DNA of 64,000 bases from Mobula hypostoma. Its lineage: Eukaryota. The notes beneath the pieces were generated by a model, which saw nothing but the letters and a program-made list of their open reading frames with translations, had not been told where the DNA came from and made no database searches. Below, one piece after another: positions 36,096 through 48,044 of this stretch (positions are counted from its first letter, which is position 1; every line of letters begins with the position of its first letter). The position numbers were made by a program, and so were the translations under genes. The stretch covers positions 162,628,001 through 162,692,000 of the forward strand of contig NC_086097.1 of NCBI RefSeq assembly GCF_963921235.1. Reading direction: 5' to 3'.

Positions 36096-37945
36096 CATAA
36101 CAATCCTTATTAATTTCAAATTTTCAGTGGCCATTTCACCATTTTGTGCTTGTCCTGAGACACTGACAAATGTTGGCAGGGCATCATTTATTTCCAATGC
36201 AAAGGTGATGACTCAGTCCCTTTCTTGAATTGTAGCAGAAACTATGGATTTCCAACAGTGGGGCCAAGAAGGTCATTTAGGATTTTGACTCAGCATTGAA
36301 GAAGCAACTGTGATTTTATGTCCAAGTTAAGATGCTGTGTGTTCTAAGCTGTTTGTTCTCATGACATTTAACTTGTTCTTCCTTGAGGAGAGCTGTTTAA
36401 TCTGAACTGAACTTGAATTCACAGGTGAAAGCAGAACTGAACGTTCAAGAAAATGAAATGAAAGTGAGTTTTAGAAATGTCATAAGATCTGGGAATGCAA
36501 CCTACTTACTGTAAAACATGGAAGCCTAATTTAGTGCAGACAATACAGCATGTGGTTGTGGATATCTGCATGGAAGTTTTTGACAGGGCTTGTCCATAAC
36601 CCTGTGGTATGCTGTGACTTAACTGCTTCAATACCTATGGCTCTGCTGCTTTATAATTGGCTTTCTGACGTGTTTATTTCTATAAGTTAAGGTGAAACTT
36701 TTCAATAGAGGCCACCACTTACAGCAAAGTAGGCTGTAGACTTCAGCAGAATTTTGCTAGAATGCTTGAATGATGAGAGCAAATTTTTCCCCACTGCTGA
36801 TTGATACTCTATTGCCAGTTGCCAGTCTGTTGGAGGTTACAGTTGACTTTGAATCAGTTAAGTTTTCATTGTGACTGCTGACACATTGCTTTTTTAACTT
36901 GCTGCAGAGAGCGAGGTGAGATGATTTTTTTTCCCTTTGCGGCTGGGCGTGTACTTTGTTTAGTGTTGCATTTCAGGGGCTGATCTATGAACACATCTGT
37001 TCCTCCAGTTTATGCTAATGAGCTATTGGCCCAGAGGCAAGCTTTGGTTTGCGTCTGACTGGATTCTGTTGGCTTGATCTCCTATTGACTTCTGACTGTA
37101 AACCTGAATTAAGAATGAACAATCCAAGATTTTCAATTTTGTAAGGAGCAGGTTTGAGAGGAACGCAATGGAATATAACAGAGAGATAAAGTCAAGCAAG
37201 TTGCAATAGTCATGTCAAATGAATGCAAATGTGAAATTAATGCAATGTTAACAATGTGCATTTGGATAATATTCTTAAAATAGCGTTTCATAAGAGTGTT
37301 ACTTAACAAATGTTTCCTCTAAGATGCATGAGGATAAGTTATGGCAGATGTTCAAAGGCTTGGTCAAAGAGATGCTCGAAGAAATACCTTGCACGAAAGA
37401 GAAGTGGTGAGGTTTAGAGAGGCTTGCACACCTTGGGTATCTGGAGGCATGGCCATCAAAGGAGCCAATAGAATCAAAGGTGCAGCTACCTGATCACCAA
37501 TATCTCCGATGGTTAAAAGGTTGCACGTGTTGAAGGAAAATTTTGTAATTTTGTAGTGCCCAGCCTGGAGTGTGGATGAGTTAGTGGCAATAAGCATGTG
37601 TGTGAGATTCGATACAATTCATAAAGCCTGAGATTTAGGGTGTGCTGAAATGGTGCAGCTACTTTGAGCTACCAGCTGTGTTGTTCATTAGCACACTGCA
37701 TCTGATTTCAGCTGTGACGGCAGAACGAGGAAGCAGTCATAAGAGGGAGTACTTCATATTTTCACAGATGAAACTGTGCTTGCGAAGTTGACATGAGTCT
37801 CCATTAGAAGTGTGACCAAGCTGAAGGGATCTTTGGACACTTGTATTTGAAGGAGCCGAGGACTGGAGGCCTGGAGGTGCTCTTACCTCGGTTTGTTGGG
37901 CGTGTGTGTGGGGTGGGGAAAGGTTTTGTTTTGCTGTTCTTGTTT

Positions 37946-40900
37946 TAGACCATAAGGCTATAAGATATAGGAGCAGAATTAGGCCATTTGGCCCATCGAG
38001 TCTGCTCCACCATTTCATCATGGTTGATCCAATTTTCTTCTCAGCCCCAGTCTCCTGCCTTCTCTCTGTATCCCTTCATGCCCTGACCAATCAAGAATCT
38101 ATCAACCTCTGCCTTAAGTATACATAAAGATTTGGCCTCCTATTTGCCTGTGGCAAATAATTCCAGAGATTCACCACACTCTGGCCAAAGAAATTCGTCC
38201 TCATCTTCGTTCTAAAAGGACACTCCTCTATTCTGAAGCTGTGTCCTCTGGTCTTAGAGTTTCCCACCATAGGAAACATCCTCTCCACATCCACTCTAGT
38301 AAGGCCTTTCACCATTCAATAGGTTTCAATGAGGTCATTCTTCTGAATCCTGGTGAATACAGGTCCAGCACTATCAGATGCTCTTCATATGACAAGCCAT
38401 TCAATCCTGGAATCATTTTCGTGAACCTCCTTTGAACCCTCTCCAGTTTTAGCACATCCTTTCCAAGATAAGACACCCAAACCTGCTCACAATACTCTAA
38501 ATGAGGCCTCACCGGTGCTTTATAAAGTTTCAACATTACATCCTTGCTTTTGTATACTAGTCATCTTGATAAGAATGCTAACATCGCATTTGTCTTCCTC
38601 ACCACAGACGCAACCTGCAAATTAACCTTTAGGGAATCCTGCACAAGAACACCCAAGTCTCTTTGTGCTTCAGTTTTTTTGTATTTTCTCTCCATTTAGA
38701 AAATGGTCAACCTTTTCATTTCTTCTACCAAAATGCATGTCCATACACTTCCTGACGCTATACTCCTTTTGCCATTTCTTTCCCCATTCTCCTAATCTAA
38801 GTCCTCTGTAGCCTCTCTACTTCCTGAAAACTGCCTGCCCCTCCAGCTATCTTCATAGCATCTGCAAACTTTGCAACAAAGCCATCATCCAGATCATTGA
38901 CAGATCAGTCCCAACACAGGACCCTGTGGAACACCACTAGCCACTGGCAGCCAATCAGAAAAGGCTCCCTTTATTCCCACTCATTGCCTCCTTCCAATCA
39001 GCTACTGCTTTATCCATGCTAGAATATTTCCTGTAATACCATGGGCTTGTAGCTTGTAAAGCAGCCTCAGGTGTGGCACCTTGACAAAGGCCTTCTGAGA
39101 ATCCAAGTACACAACACCAACTGATTCTCCTTTGTTTGTCCTGCTTGTTGTTTCCTCAAAGAATTCTAACAGATTTGTCAGGCAAGATTTTCCCTTGAGG
39201 AAACCATGCTGACTTTGGCCTATTTTATCATGTGCTTCCAAGTACCCTGAAATCACATCCTTAACAATCGACTCCAACATCTTCCCAACCACTGAGGTTA
39301 GATTAACTGGCCCACAGCTTCCTTTCTTCTCCATCTCTCCCTTCTTGAAAAGTAGAGTGACATTTGCAATTTTCCAGTATTTCGGAAACATTCCAGAATC
39401 TAGTAATTCTTGAAAAATCATTACTTATAATCTCTTCGGCAACCTCTTTCAGAACTCTGGGTTGGACATATTCTGTTCTAGGTGACTTATCTACCTTGAG
39501 ACCTTTCAGTTTCCCAAGAAACTTCTCTCTAGTTATAGTAACTTCACACACTCCAGGACCCCGACACCCTGAACTTCCATCATACTGCTAGTGTCTTCCA
39601 CAGTGAGGACTAATGCAAAATAATTATTCAGTTCATCTGCTATTTCACTGTCCCTCTTTACTACCTCTCAGCATCATTTTCCAGTAGTTCAATACCCACT
39701 TTCACCCCTCTTTTATACTTCATGTATCCAAAGAAACTTTTGGTATCCTCTTTAAAATTATTAGCTTGCTTATTTCTGTATTCCATCTTTACCTTAATGA
39801 CGTTTTTAGTTGCCTTCTGTTGGTTTTTAAAAGGTTCCTAATCCTTTAACTTCCCACTAATTTTTCCTCTATTATATCACTCTCCTTGGCTTTTATAATT
39901 TGAGCCATTGCTGCTCTGCCGTCATCCCTGCCAACGTTTTTTTCCAATCAATTCTAGGCAACTCCTCTCTCATGCCTCTGAAATCCCCTTTACTCCTGTG
40001 TAATACTGATGATCTGACTTCAGCTTCTCCTTCTCAAATTTCAGGGCAAATCCAATCACATTATGATCACTTACCCCTAAGGGTACTTTTATCTTAAGTT
40101 CTCTAATCAACTAAGTTCATTGCACAACAGCCAATACTGAATAGCTCCTAGTGGGTTTAACCATGAGCTGCTGTAAAACACCATCTTGTAGGTACCCTGG
40201 AAGTTCCTTCTCCTGTAATCCAGCACCAACGTGATTTTCCCAATCTACTTGCATATTGAAGTCACCCATGACTATTGTAACATTGCCTTTTTGGCATGCA
40301 TTAGTAATTTTTAGGCCACATCCTTACCACTGTTTGGGGATCAGTATACAACTCCTATAGCGTCTTTTTACCCTTGCATTTCCTTAGCTCTATCCACATT
40401 CAACACCTTCCAACCCTGTGTCACCACTTTCTAATTATTTGATTTCATTTTTTACCAACAGAGCAATGCTGCTCCCTCTGCCTTCCCGCCTATTCTTTCA
40501 ATACAATGCGTATCGTTGGACATTAAGCTTCCAGCTATAATCTTTCAGCCATGATTCTGTGAAGCCTACAGCATCACAAGGGCAACTGTGCTCCAAGTTC
40601 AACTGCTTTATTCTGTACACTGCGCGTATTCAGATACAACACCTTTAGTCCTGTATTCACCCTTTTCAATTTTGTTGCACCATGCTCGACCTTTTGATTC
40701 CTAACTATGTCTGAGGTCTTACCAACTTCTGCCTTCACAGCCTCTCCACTAACCATTCTGGCACTCTGGTTCTCATTCCCCTGCAACTCTAGTTTAAACC
40801 CCACCATGCAGCATTAACAAACCTTCCCAGTAGGACATTAGTCCCCCTCTAGTTCAGGTGCCAACCATCCCTCTGTACAGGTCCCACCTTCCCTGGGAGA

Positions 40901-41180
40901 GAGCCCAATGATCCAAAATCTTATGCCCGCCCTCCTACACCAGTTTCTAAGCCAAATATTAAACTGTACAATCTTCCTAGTTCTAGCCTCACTAGCACGT
41001 GACTCAGGTAGCAGTTCTGAGATCTCAATATTGGTGCTCCAGCCCTTTAACTTAACACCTAACTCCCTGAGCTCTCTATGCAGAACCTGCTCACTCATCT
41101 TACCCATGTTATTGGTACCTACATGGACTGGACTTCTGGTTGTTCACCCTCTCACTTAAGAATGTTGAGGGCTCTGTCTG
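37946..41180 (-). mobile_element. Long CR1-like LINE remnant (ORF1 SGNH-esterase-like, endonuclease, RT, 3' UTR)
   Basis: ORF 40838-41107 (ELGVKLK..ISELLP..RASEAR.RKIVQFNIWLRNWCRR), 40574-40807 (LKVLYLNTRSVQNK), 39002-39421 (WKIANVT.LFKKG..SQHGFLKGKSCLTNLLEFFE), 38309-38536 and 38091-38315. Confidence 0.92.
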
Positions 41181-41334
41181 AGTTTGGGCACATTAGTTTG
41201 AAATAATAAATGTATTCATTAAAGAACTTGTGTCAGTCAATTAAAAGGATATGACTTGCAGTTCCTCAAGAGTAGAAAAAATATTTTGGGAAGCTCAGTA
41301 GAATTTATGGGTATGAATATTTTCACTGTCATGG

Positions 41335-41920
41335 CTCATGTGCTGGTTCCCTCCCCTCTGAGAGAGAAGGTTGCAGTTCAGGCCTCACTCTTGGTTGATA
41401 CTGCAGTATAGCTGTTGCATTCATCATGAGACAATAAACAGAGGCACCATCTGCCTTCTAGGGTATTCATAGATGTTCCAAGTCATTGTCACAAAGAATA
41501 ATGGAATTAGCCCTGCTGAAAATCCAAATGATGAAAGATGTTGACAGATGCTGAAAGTCTGAAATTAAAAATTGAAAATGTTGGAAACACTCCTATCTGT
41601 CAAAAGACTGGTCTGGTGAAGGGCCTCCAAACCTCATACATTATCTCTGTTTCTCTTGCCACGGATGCTACCTAGCCTGTGAGGGTACCAAGCATTTTCT
41701 GATTTTATTTGAGTTACCCTGTGTGTTCAGACAAATATTTAACCCTTAGCCAATATCATTAAATATGCATATTATTTATTTATTACTTCACATTTATGAA
41801 TACCGTGCTATGTGCAAATTGCCTTCTTCACTGTATCAATATTTACTACCTTTCAAACAAAAATGTAAATCTTAAAAGGTGCTTAAATGCAAGTCCTCCT
41901 TGTACTTACAAGGCTGTTAA
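41335..41920 (+). mobile_element. Ancient Deu-type SINE relic split by a Penelope-like foldback (about 41543-41710)
   Basis: atgagacaataaacagaggcaccatctgcc..ag(a/t)tgttcc..aaatatttaaccctt..aatatcattaaa resembles the Deu domain. Confidence 0.5.
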
Positions 41921-42499
41921 CAGGTAACACCACTCTGGTAGTGGGACAATAGGATGTTAGGTTGACCTGTGTATTTACTGTGGCCTTTGTTTGAGTCTTT
42001 CCTGTTTCATATCATGCAATCTGTAACGCATTCCTTAGCCCAATAATGGATTGAGTGAGGAAGTGAAAAGCACTGAATCTTGACTGATTCATGGAATGTG
42101 AACAATTGTAGGCCAGCATAACAGCTTGAGCTTTAATGCTTTGTAGTGCATTATTGGTAGGTGCTGTTTGGTTGGCTGAGGCAGCAGGCATTAAAAGCCT
42201 ACATTGCAAGATAAATATAGAAGCAATAAAATCTCATGTCTGGGTAATTTATAATTCTGTTTCAGGCACTTTTGAGTACAAAACTGGAACTTTAGAATGT
42301 CTTTGAGGATACATGACAACATTGCTTGTCATCTTTTAAAATTAACATTAATTTAGGCAGTTGATACAGTTCAGTCTTTCCTGTAGACAGGGATAAATTG
42401 ACCTTGGTCTTGCTGAGAATCAACTAGCTGCTGGTTTTACTTACATGAGCATTCACCTCCAATGAAATCAATGATGGATCCATCTAGTGGCTGATCTCA

Positions 42500-43209
42500 C
42501 AGACATCCCACCTCTCCCGGAACTTCTGGGAGTCTCCGGCATATTAATAGTGGATCCCTGCTGCCAGCAAATTACATACAATATCACGGAAATGAATTTT
42601 TTTGAGAGCGAGCGAGAGAAAAGCAAGAGAGAGCGCGAGAGCGACCACGAGAGAGAGTGAGAGAGAAAGCGAGAGCGAAGGCAAGCGAGCGAGAGAGGGA
42701 GAGAGAGCAAGCGAGAGAGAAAGCAAGCGAGAGTGCTTGAGAGCGCGCGAGCGACCACGAGAGAGAGAGAGAGCGAGAGCGAAGGCAAGAGAGGGAGAGA
42801 GAGCGCGAGCGAGAGAGAAAGCAAGTGAGAGTGCTTGAGAGCGCGCGAGCGACCACGAGAGAGCGAGAGCGCGCCATTGCAGAGTGTTCCAAAAAAAAAC
42901 GTACGTCACCCCAGACTACACTAAAGTGTACCCCTGCCTAATAGGGGTCAAAATAATGACAGTGTTGCTCGCTGCACTGTTTGCAATAGTGACTTTTCTA
43001 TTGCCCATGGTGAGGTAAGACTGTAAAAGACATGTTGAGGTGAGTTTAACAGGTGTCATTCGTTCATTAGCGTAGCTAACGTTATTTAAACTAGCTGGCC
43101 AGCTGCTAAGGAGCTACTCTATTGCAGACATCCCACCTCTCCCGGAAGTCTCCCCGCAAATTGATGGTGCTACCTCCCTGAAATGAGTTTTTGCAGGGTG
43201 GGATGTCTG
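42500..43209. mobile_element. Non-autonomous TIR element (hAT-like) with apparent 6-bp TSD
   Basis: 13-bp perfect TIR cagacatcccacc / ggtgggatgtctg; flanks atctca at 42494-42499 and 43210-43215. Confidence 0.85.
42603..42872. repeat. GA/CG-rich compound microsatellite with about 100-bp higher-order periodicity
   Basis: gcgaccacga at 42641, 42751 and 42849; gagtgcttga at 42731 and 42829. Confidence 0.85.
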
Positions 43210-43779
43210 ATCTCATGACACCTAAAGCTTGTAACCTGGGATAAATTTCTTCTCCCAGCCACTGCTCTGTAATAACCAGATAACTGGATAAAATTGGCAT
43301 AACTTATACATAGGTGGTTGATGGGTCAGCACAAATGCAATTGGCTGAAGGGCCTGTTTCTGCACTATATTTCTATGCAGTGCCAATGCCATAGTTCTCT
43401 TTTTCTGATCCTTTGTTCAGGGTAAGGTCTATATGCCTAATGTACATGATTGTTAGGGGTCTGCTTATTATTATAACTTGGTTCTCAAACACAAATTATG
43501 GTAAGCTCTCACAATTGCATGATCTAGATATAGAATCATAGAGTAATATAGCATGGGAATAGGTCTTTTGGCCCAACTCATCTATGCTAGCTCTGGTGCC
43601 CATCAAGCTAGCCCCATGTGCCCGTGTTTAGCCCGTATCCATCTAAACCCTCTATCCTTGAATGCTTCCAAAATGAATCCCATATAGAGAGTACTGATTA
43701 AATGCAAGAACATTTGAGGTCAATCTTTAGTTTATGCTGAATTAAGTGATCTTAGTAAGAACAACTTCTAATGATAATG

Positions 43780-44905
43780 ACAAGGTACTGCATAGGAGGT
43801 TGATCAAGAAAGTTGAGTTGCTTGGCATTCAAGATGAGATAGTAAATTGGGTTAGATATTGGCTTTTCTGGAGAATCAGAGAGTGGTAGTAGATGGCCTT
43901 TCTGACTGGAGGCCTGTGACTAGTGGAGTGCCACAGGGACTGGTGCTAGGTCCATTGTTGATTGTTATCTATATCAATGATCTGGATGATAATGTAGTAA
44001 ACTTGATCAGCATTTTTACTGATGACACCAAGTTTGAGGGTGCAGTAGACGGCAAGGAAGCCTATCAAAGTTTGCAGTGGGATCTGGGTCAGCTGGAAAC
44101 ATGGGCTGGAAAATGGCAGTTGGAATTTAATGCAGACGTGTAAGGAGTTACACTCTAGGTAGGAGGACAAACCAGGTAGAACTTGTACGGTGAGCTGTAG
44201 GGCACTGAGGAGTGTGGTAGAACAGAGGGATCTGAGAATACAGGTCCATAATTTCTTGAAAATGGCATTACAGGTAGATAGAGTTGTAAACAAAGTTTTT
44301 GTCACATGGTTTTCAAAAATCAAAGTTTTGAGTAGAGGAGTTGAAATGTTATGTTCAAGTTGCATAAGACATTGGTGGGGCCTAATTTGGAGTATTGTGT
44401 ACAGTTCTGATTATGTACTGGTCATCTACCTGCAAGAAAGGCACCAATAAGATTGAAAGGCACAGAGAAAATTTACAAGGATGTTGCCAGGGCTTGAGGA
44501 ACTGAGTTAAATGGAAAGGTTAAATAGGCTAGGACTTTATTCTCTAGAGCGTAGGATAATGGAGATTTGATAGAAGTGTATACAATTATGAGGGGTTTAA
44601 ATAAAGTAAATGCAAGCAGACTTTTTGCACTGAGGTTGGATGAGATTACCACTTAAAGGTTAAGGGTGAACTATTTAAGAGGAACATGAGGGAGAAATTC
44701 TTCGCTCAGAGGGTGGTGAGAGTGGAATGACCTGCAGTGGAAATGATGAATTTGGGTTTGATTTCAACATTTAAGAGAAATTTGGATAGGTACTTGGATG
44801 GGAGTGGTATGGAGGGCTATGGTCTGGGTGCAGGTTGATGGGAATAGGCAGATTAATAGTTTGGTATAGACTAGATAGGCTGAAGGGCCTGTTTGTGTGC
44901 TGTAT
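43780..44905 (+). mobile_element. CR1-like LINE (RT and 3' end)
   Basis: ORF 43859-44143 WRPVTSGVPQGLVLGPLLIVIYINDLD..FTDDTK; tail ggctgaagggcctgttt. Confidence 0.9.
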
Positions 44906-45475
44906 ACATCTTTTATTTTATTTTTAATGTCCTTGCAGAGAAAAGAGATTATCATGTCCCGATGCATGGAATAACCCAGTCACATGGATTAGTTTTGTAA
45001 CATAGTAATTTTATTGATTGTCAGATTACTGATTTTTAGAAAAAATATTTTTGCTATACAGTGGTTTTCCAAGGAAATGAGCACAGCTGTTTTGGATGTG
45101 TGAGATGTGGAAGAGGCAGCAAAGAAACAGGAGGGTAGAGGGCAAAGTGCATGTTAAGAGGCTTCTCCTGGAGCAGGGTGGTCAAAGAACAGCTGTGGGG
45201 CATTAAATGCCAATGGTCAAGTGAAGGAAATTGGGACAAAAGATTTGGAGTTAGAAATAAATCCAAAAGCAAGGAGAAAGCAGAGATTTATCTTCACAGC
45301 TTAACTGTTAAAACATCCTGTGAATGTGCCTTGGCATGCTTTCAGATTTATTGATGCAGTTTACTGTAAACGGGTTGATAGAGAGAATGTCCCATGCCCA
45401 TTAGTAGATTATAAAATAGTGATGTCACTGTAAGATTAATAATTTCTGCTTGGAATTACTTGATAAAGGAAACTA

Positions 45476-45675
45476 AAGCAACCCACACAAAATGCTGGAG
45501 GAACCCAGCTATTCAGGCTGCATCTATGGAGGAGAAAAAACAGTTGATATTCTTAGGTCGAGATCCTTCATCATTATTTTATTTGCCTCCGTAGATGCTG
45601 CCTGACTTGCTGAGTTCCTGTAGCATTTGTATGTGATGCTCAGGGTTTCCAGTGTCTGCAGGATATCTTGTGTTG
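45476..45675. mobile_element. Foldback pair of Penelope-like pseudo-LTRs
   Basis: Left arm cacaaaatgctggaggaacccagc..catctatggagg; right arm cctccgtagatgctgcctgacttgctgagttcctgtagcatttgt. Hammerhead remnant ccttcatca at the centre. Confidence 0.75.
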
Positions 45676-45984
45676 ATGAAGTTAGGACGCAATTCTTCAC
45701 TGCTGAGCTGCATTGCTATAAATTGTCAAAGTTGAGGTTGATCATTTTTTGTTAGACAGTAGCAATTAGAGTCATGGAATCAATGCGGGGTAGATGGAGT
45801 GGTGCCAGTGTTAAGCAGTGACCTAACTGGTTAGTCCAGTATATTTGACGATAAATCACCTTTTCCTCATCTGAGTTGATTCAGAAAAAAATGTGGAAAA
45901 ATGAAAGAATCTGAAGTAAAGCTGAGCATGTCCATTATCTGCGGATATAAAAGCGGATTATAAAAATGGTGTGAAAAATTTTTA

Positions 45985-46175
45985 AAATCTGCACATTGTG
46001 GAAATCTGAAAGAAAATGTTGGAACACGTCAGGCCAGACAGCATCTGTGGAACAAGAAACAGAATCAATATTTCAGGTTGAAGACTTCAGACAAAGGGTC
46101 TTTGGCCTGAAATATTAACTTTGTTTCTCTTTCCACAAAGCCTCTTGACTTGTTGTATCTGGCATTTTCTGTTCG
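45985..46175. mobile_element. Older foldback pair of Penelope-like pseudo-LTRs
   Basis: Arms 46046-46085 and 46098-46137 are imperfect reverse complements around a 12-nt loop with a degenerate core (cagacaaagggtc). Confidence 0.65.
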
Positions 46176-46379
46176 TTAATTTAGCGTGGGCTGGTTAGGC
46201 CAAACAACTTGTCTGTTCAGTGTTTCCAGTGCAGTGCAGAAGATCATATGAATTTCCAGAGAATGTGCTTGTCAGCCACAGTTTTAAGAACTCATGACGT
46301 TATTAAGAACTTTGATATGTTGACTAACGTTGCTGCATTTTTTCAAATTGCCTTATGAAATTGTCTGTGGGACATAAAA

Positions 46380-46680
46380 GCATGGTGGCTATGATATGTA
46401 GCTAGTAATCTGAAGGCTTAACCAACAATGTAGGGACATGGGTTTAATTCCCAACATGGCAGCTTGAAATATTTAATTCTGCTAATTAAATAAACCTGAA
46501 AGTAAAAAGTTATTGTCAATAATGATGTAAGGTTGTGGTTAAAAACATATCTGCTTCATGGAAATTCAGCATCTTCATTCAAAAATATGACTCCAGATCC
46601 ATATAGTGTGGTAGATTCTTAACTGCTTTCTGAAACTGGGAAATGAGCTACTCAATTAAGGTAATTAGCATATGCAACCT
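46380..46680 (+). mobile_element. Old tRNA-derived elasmobranch SINE
   Basis: ctagtaatctgaaggc..gggacatgggtttaattcccaacatggcagct..tgactccagatcca..ttaactgc; related relic at about 32795-33015. Confidence 0.55.
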
Positions 46681-47039
46681 GTCCTGGAAATAATTTTCAA
46701 CTATATTTTAGAAGCAGGAATATTTAATTGCATCCATTGAGAGTACTGCTGCTACTTGAGTTGCACCTAGGCATCCAGAAGTACAGATATGAAATATTCC
46801 TAATTAGTTAGGGCAAAACCTCCAAAGTAATAAGCCTCTAAAGTAGGAGTTACAGATGTTTTATCATATTTGTTTTCAGTTTTTGGATAGGCATAATTTA
46901 GAATCTAAAGGTGTCGTGTTATTGAGGCATTATCATGATAATTGGAAGATGCTAAAGGAGTTGTTACTTCTATAAACTGGGTTAATTTTGTACAGCATCC
47001 ATCTTGTTTGGTGTTCTGTGTACCTGTAGGTAACCACAG

Positions 47040-47750
47040 TTTATCTCAACATTCAGGGCCTCAAACAGTCCTTCCAGGTGAGGGGATATTTCACTTTGTA
47101 TCTGGAGCTTCCAATGGGGTCTCTTCTACATTGGTGAAACCCGATGTAAATTGGGTGGCTGCTTTGTTGAGTAGCTCTGTTCCATCTGCCAATTGTGGAA
47201 ATCCCCAGTGGCCAACCATTTTAATTCCTGTCCTCATTCCTGTTCTGACATGTTGGTACATGGCCTCTTCTTTTCCCACAATGAGGCCACTCTCAGGGTG
47301 GAGGAGCAACACCTCATATTCTGTCTGGTTAGCCTCCAACCTGATGGCATGAACATTGATTTCTCCTTCCGGTATTTTTTTCTCCCACTTCTTCTATTCC
47401 CCACTCTGGCCTCCTATCTCTTCTCCTTGCCGACCTACCATCTCCTCTTGATGCTCCTCCATTTTACCTTTCTCCCACAGTCCACTCTCCTCTCTTATCA
47501 AATTCCTTCTCCAGCCCTTTATCTTTCCCACCCACCTGGCTTCACCTAGCTAGTCCTGCTTCCTCTCCCCCCTCCCCCCCCCACCTTCTTATACTAGCAT
47601 CTTCCCACTTCCTTTCCAGTCCTGATGAAGGGGGGTGTTGGCCCAAAAGGTTGAATATTTATTTCCATAGATACTACCCAGCTTGCTGAGTTCCTCCAGC
47701 GTTTTATGTGTGTTGCTCTGGATTTCTAGCATCTGCAGAATCTCTGGCAT
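47040..47750 (+). mobile_element. Penelope-like element 3' part (GIY-YIG remnant and pseudo-LTR)
   Basis: ORF 47193-47549 PVANHFNS.PHS.SDMLVHGL...EATLRVEEQHLIFCL..LQPDGMNIDFS, pyrimidine tract, then cagtcctgatgaag..catagat..gagttcctccagc..atctgcagaatc. Confidence 0.85.
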
Positions 47751-48044
47751 TTATTATCTACAAGTAACCTCATTTCCTCTGGAAACAACAACTGACGTAT
47801 TCTCCCAGGTGTAATGTTCAAAACAGATCTTATCCTTTTTCAGATTTGGTCTTGAATATCTTGATGAATGTATTCAGAATAAGCACATCCAAAGAACAAT
47901 TAATTTATTTGTAAGGCCGTCAGGAATTTACTTGTTAAGATATTAATCTGGCAATTAGAATAATCTAGACAATTTTTTCCATGACTCTGCTATCCCATTG
48001 GATCTTTATAAATTAGATAAAATCATTTCAGTTATTGATGTTTA

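Noticed and set aside
42468..42909. Overlapping Leu/Ser- and Arg/Glu-rich ORFs
   Set aside because: Translations of the GA-rich microsatellite.
47844..47910. 67-nt candidate exon (FGLEYLDECIQNKHIQRTINLF)
   Set aside because: Acceptor is fair but the donor TTT|gtaagg is weak, the composition is intron-like and the peptide is unrecognised.
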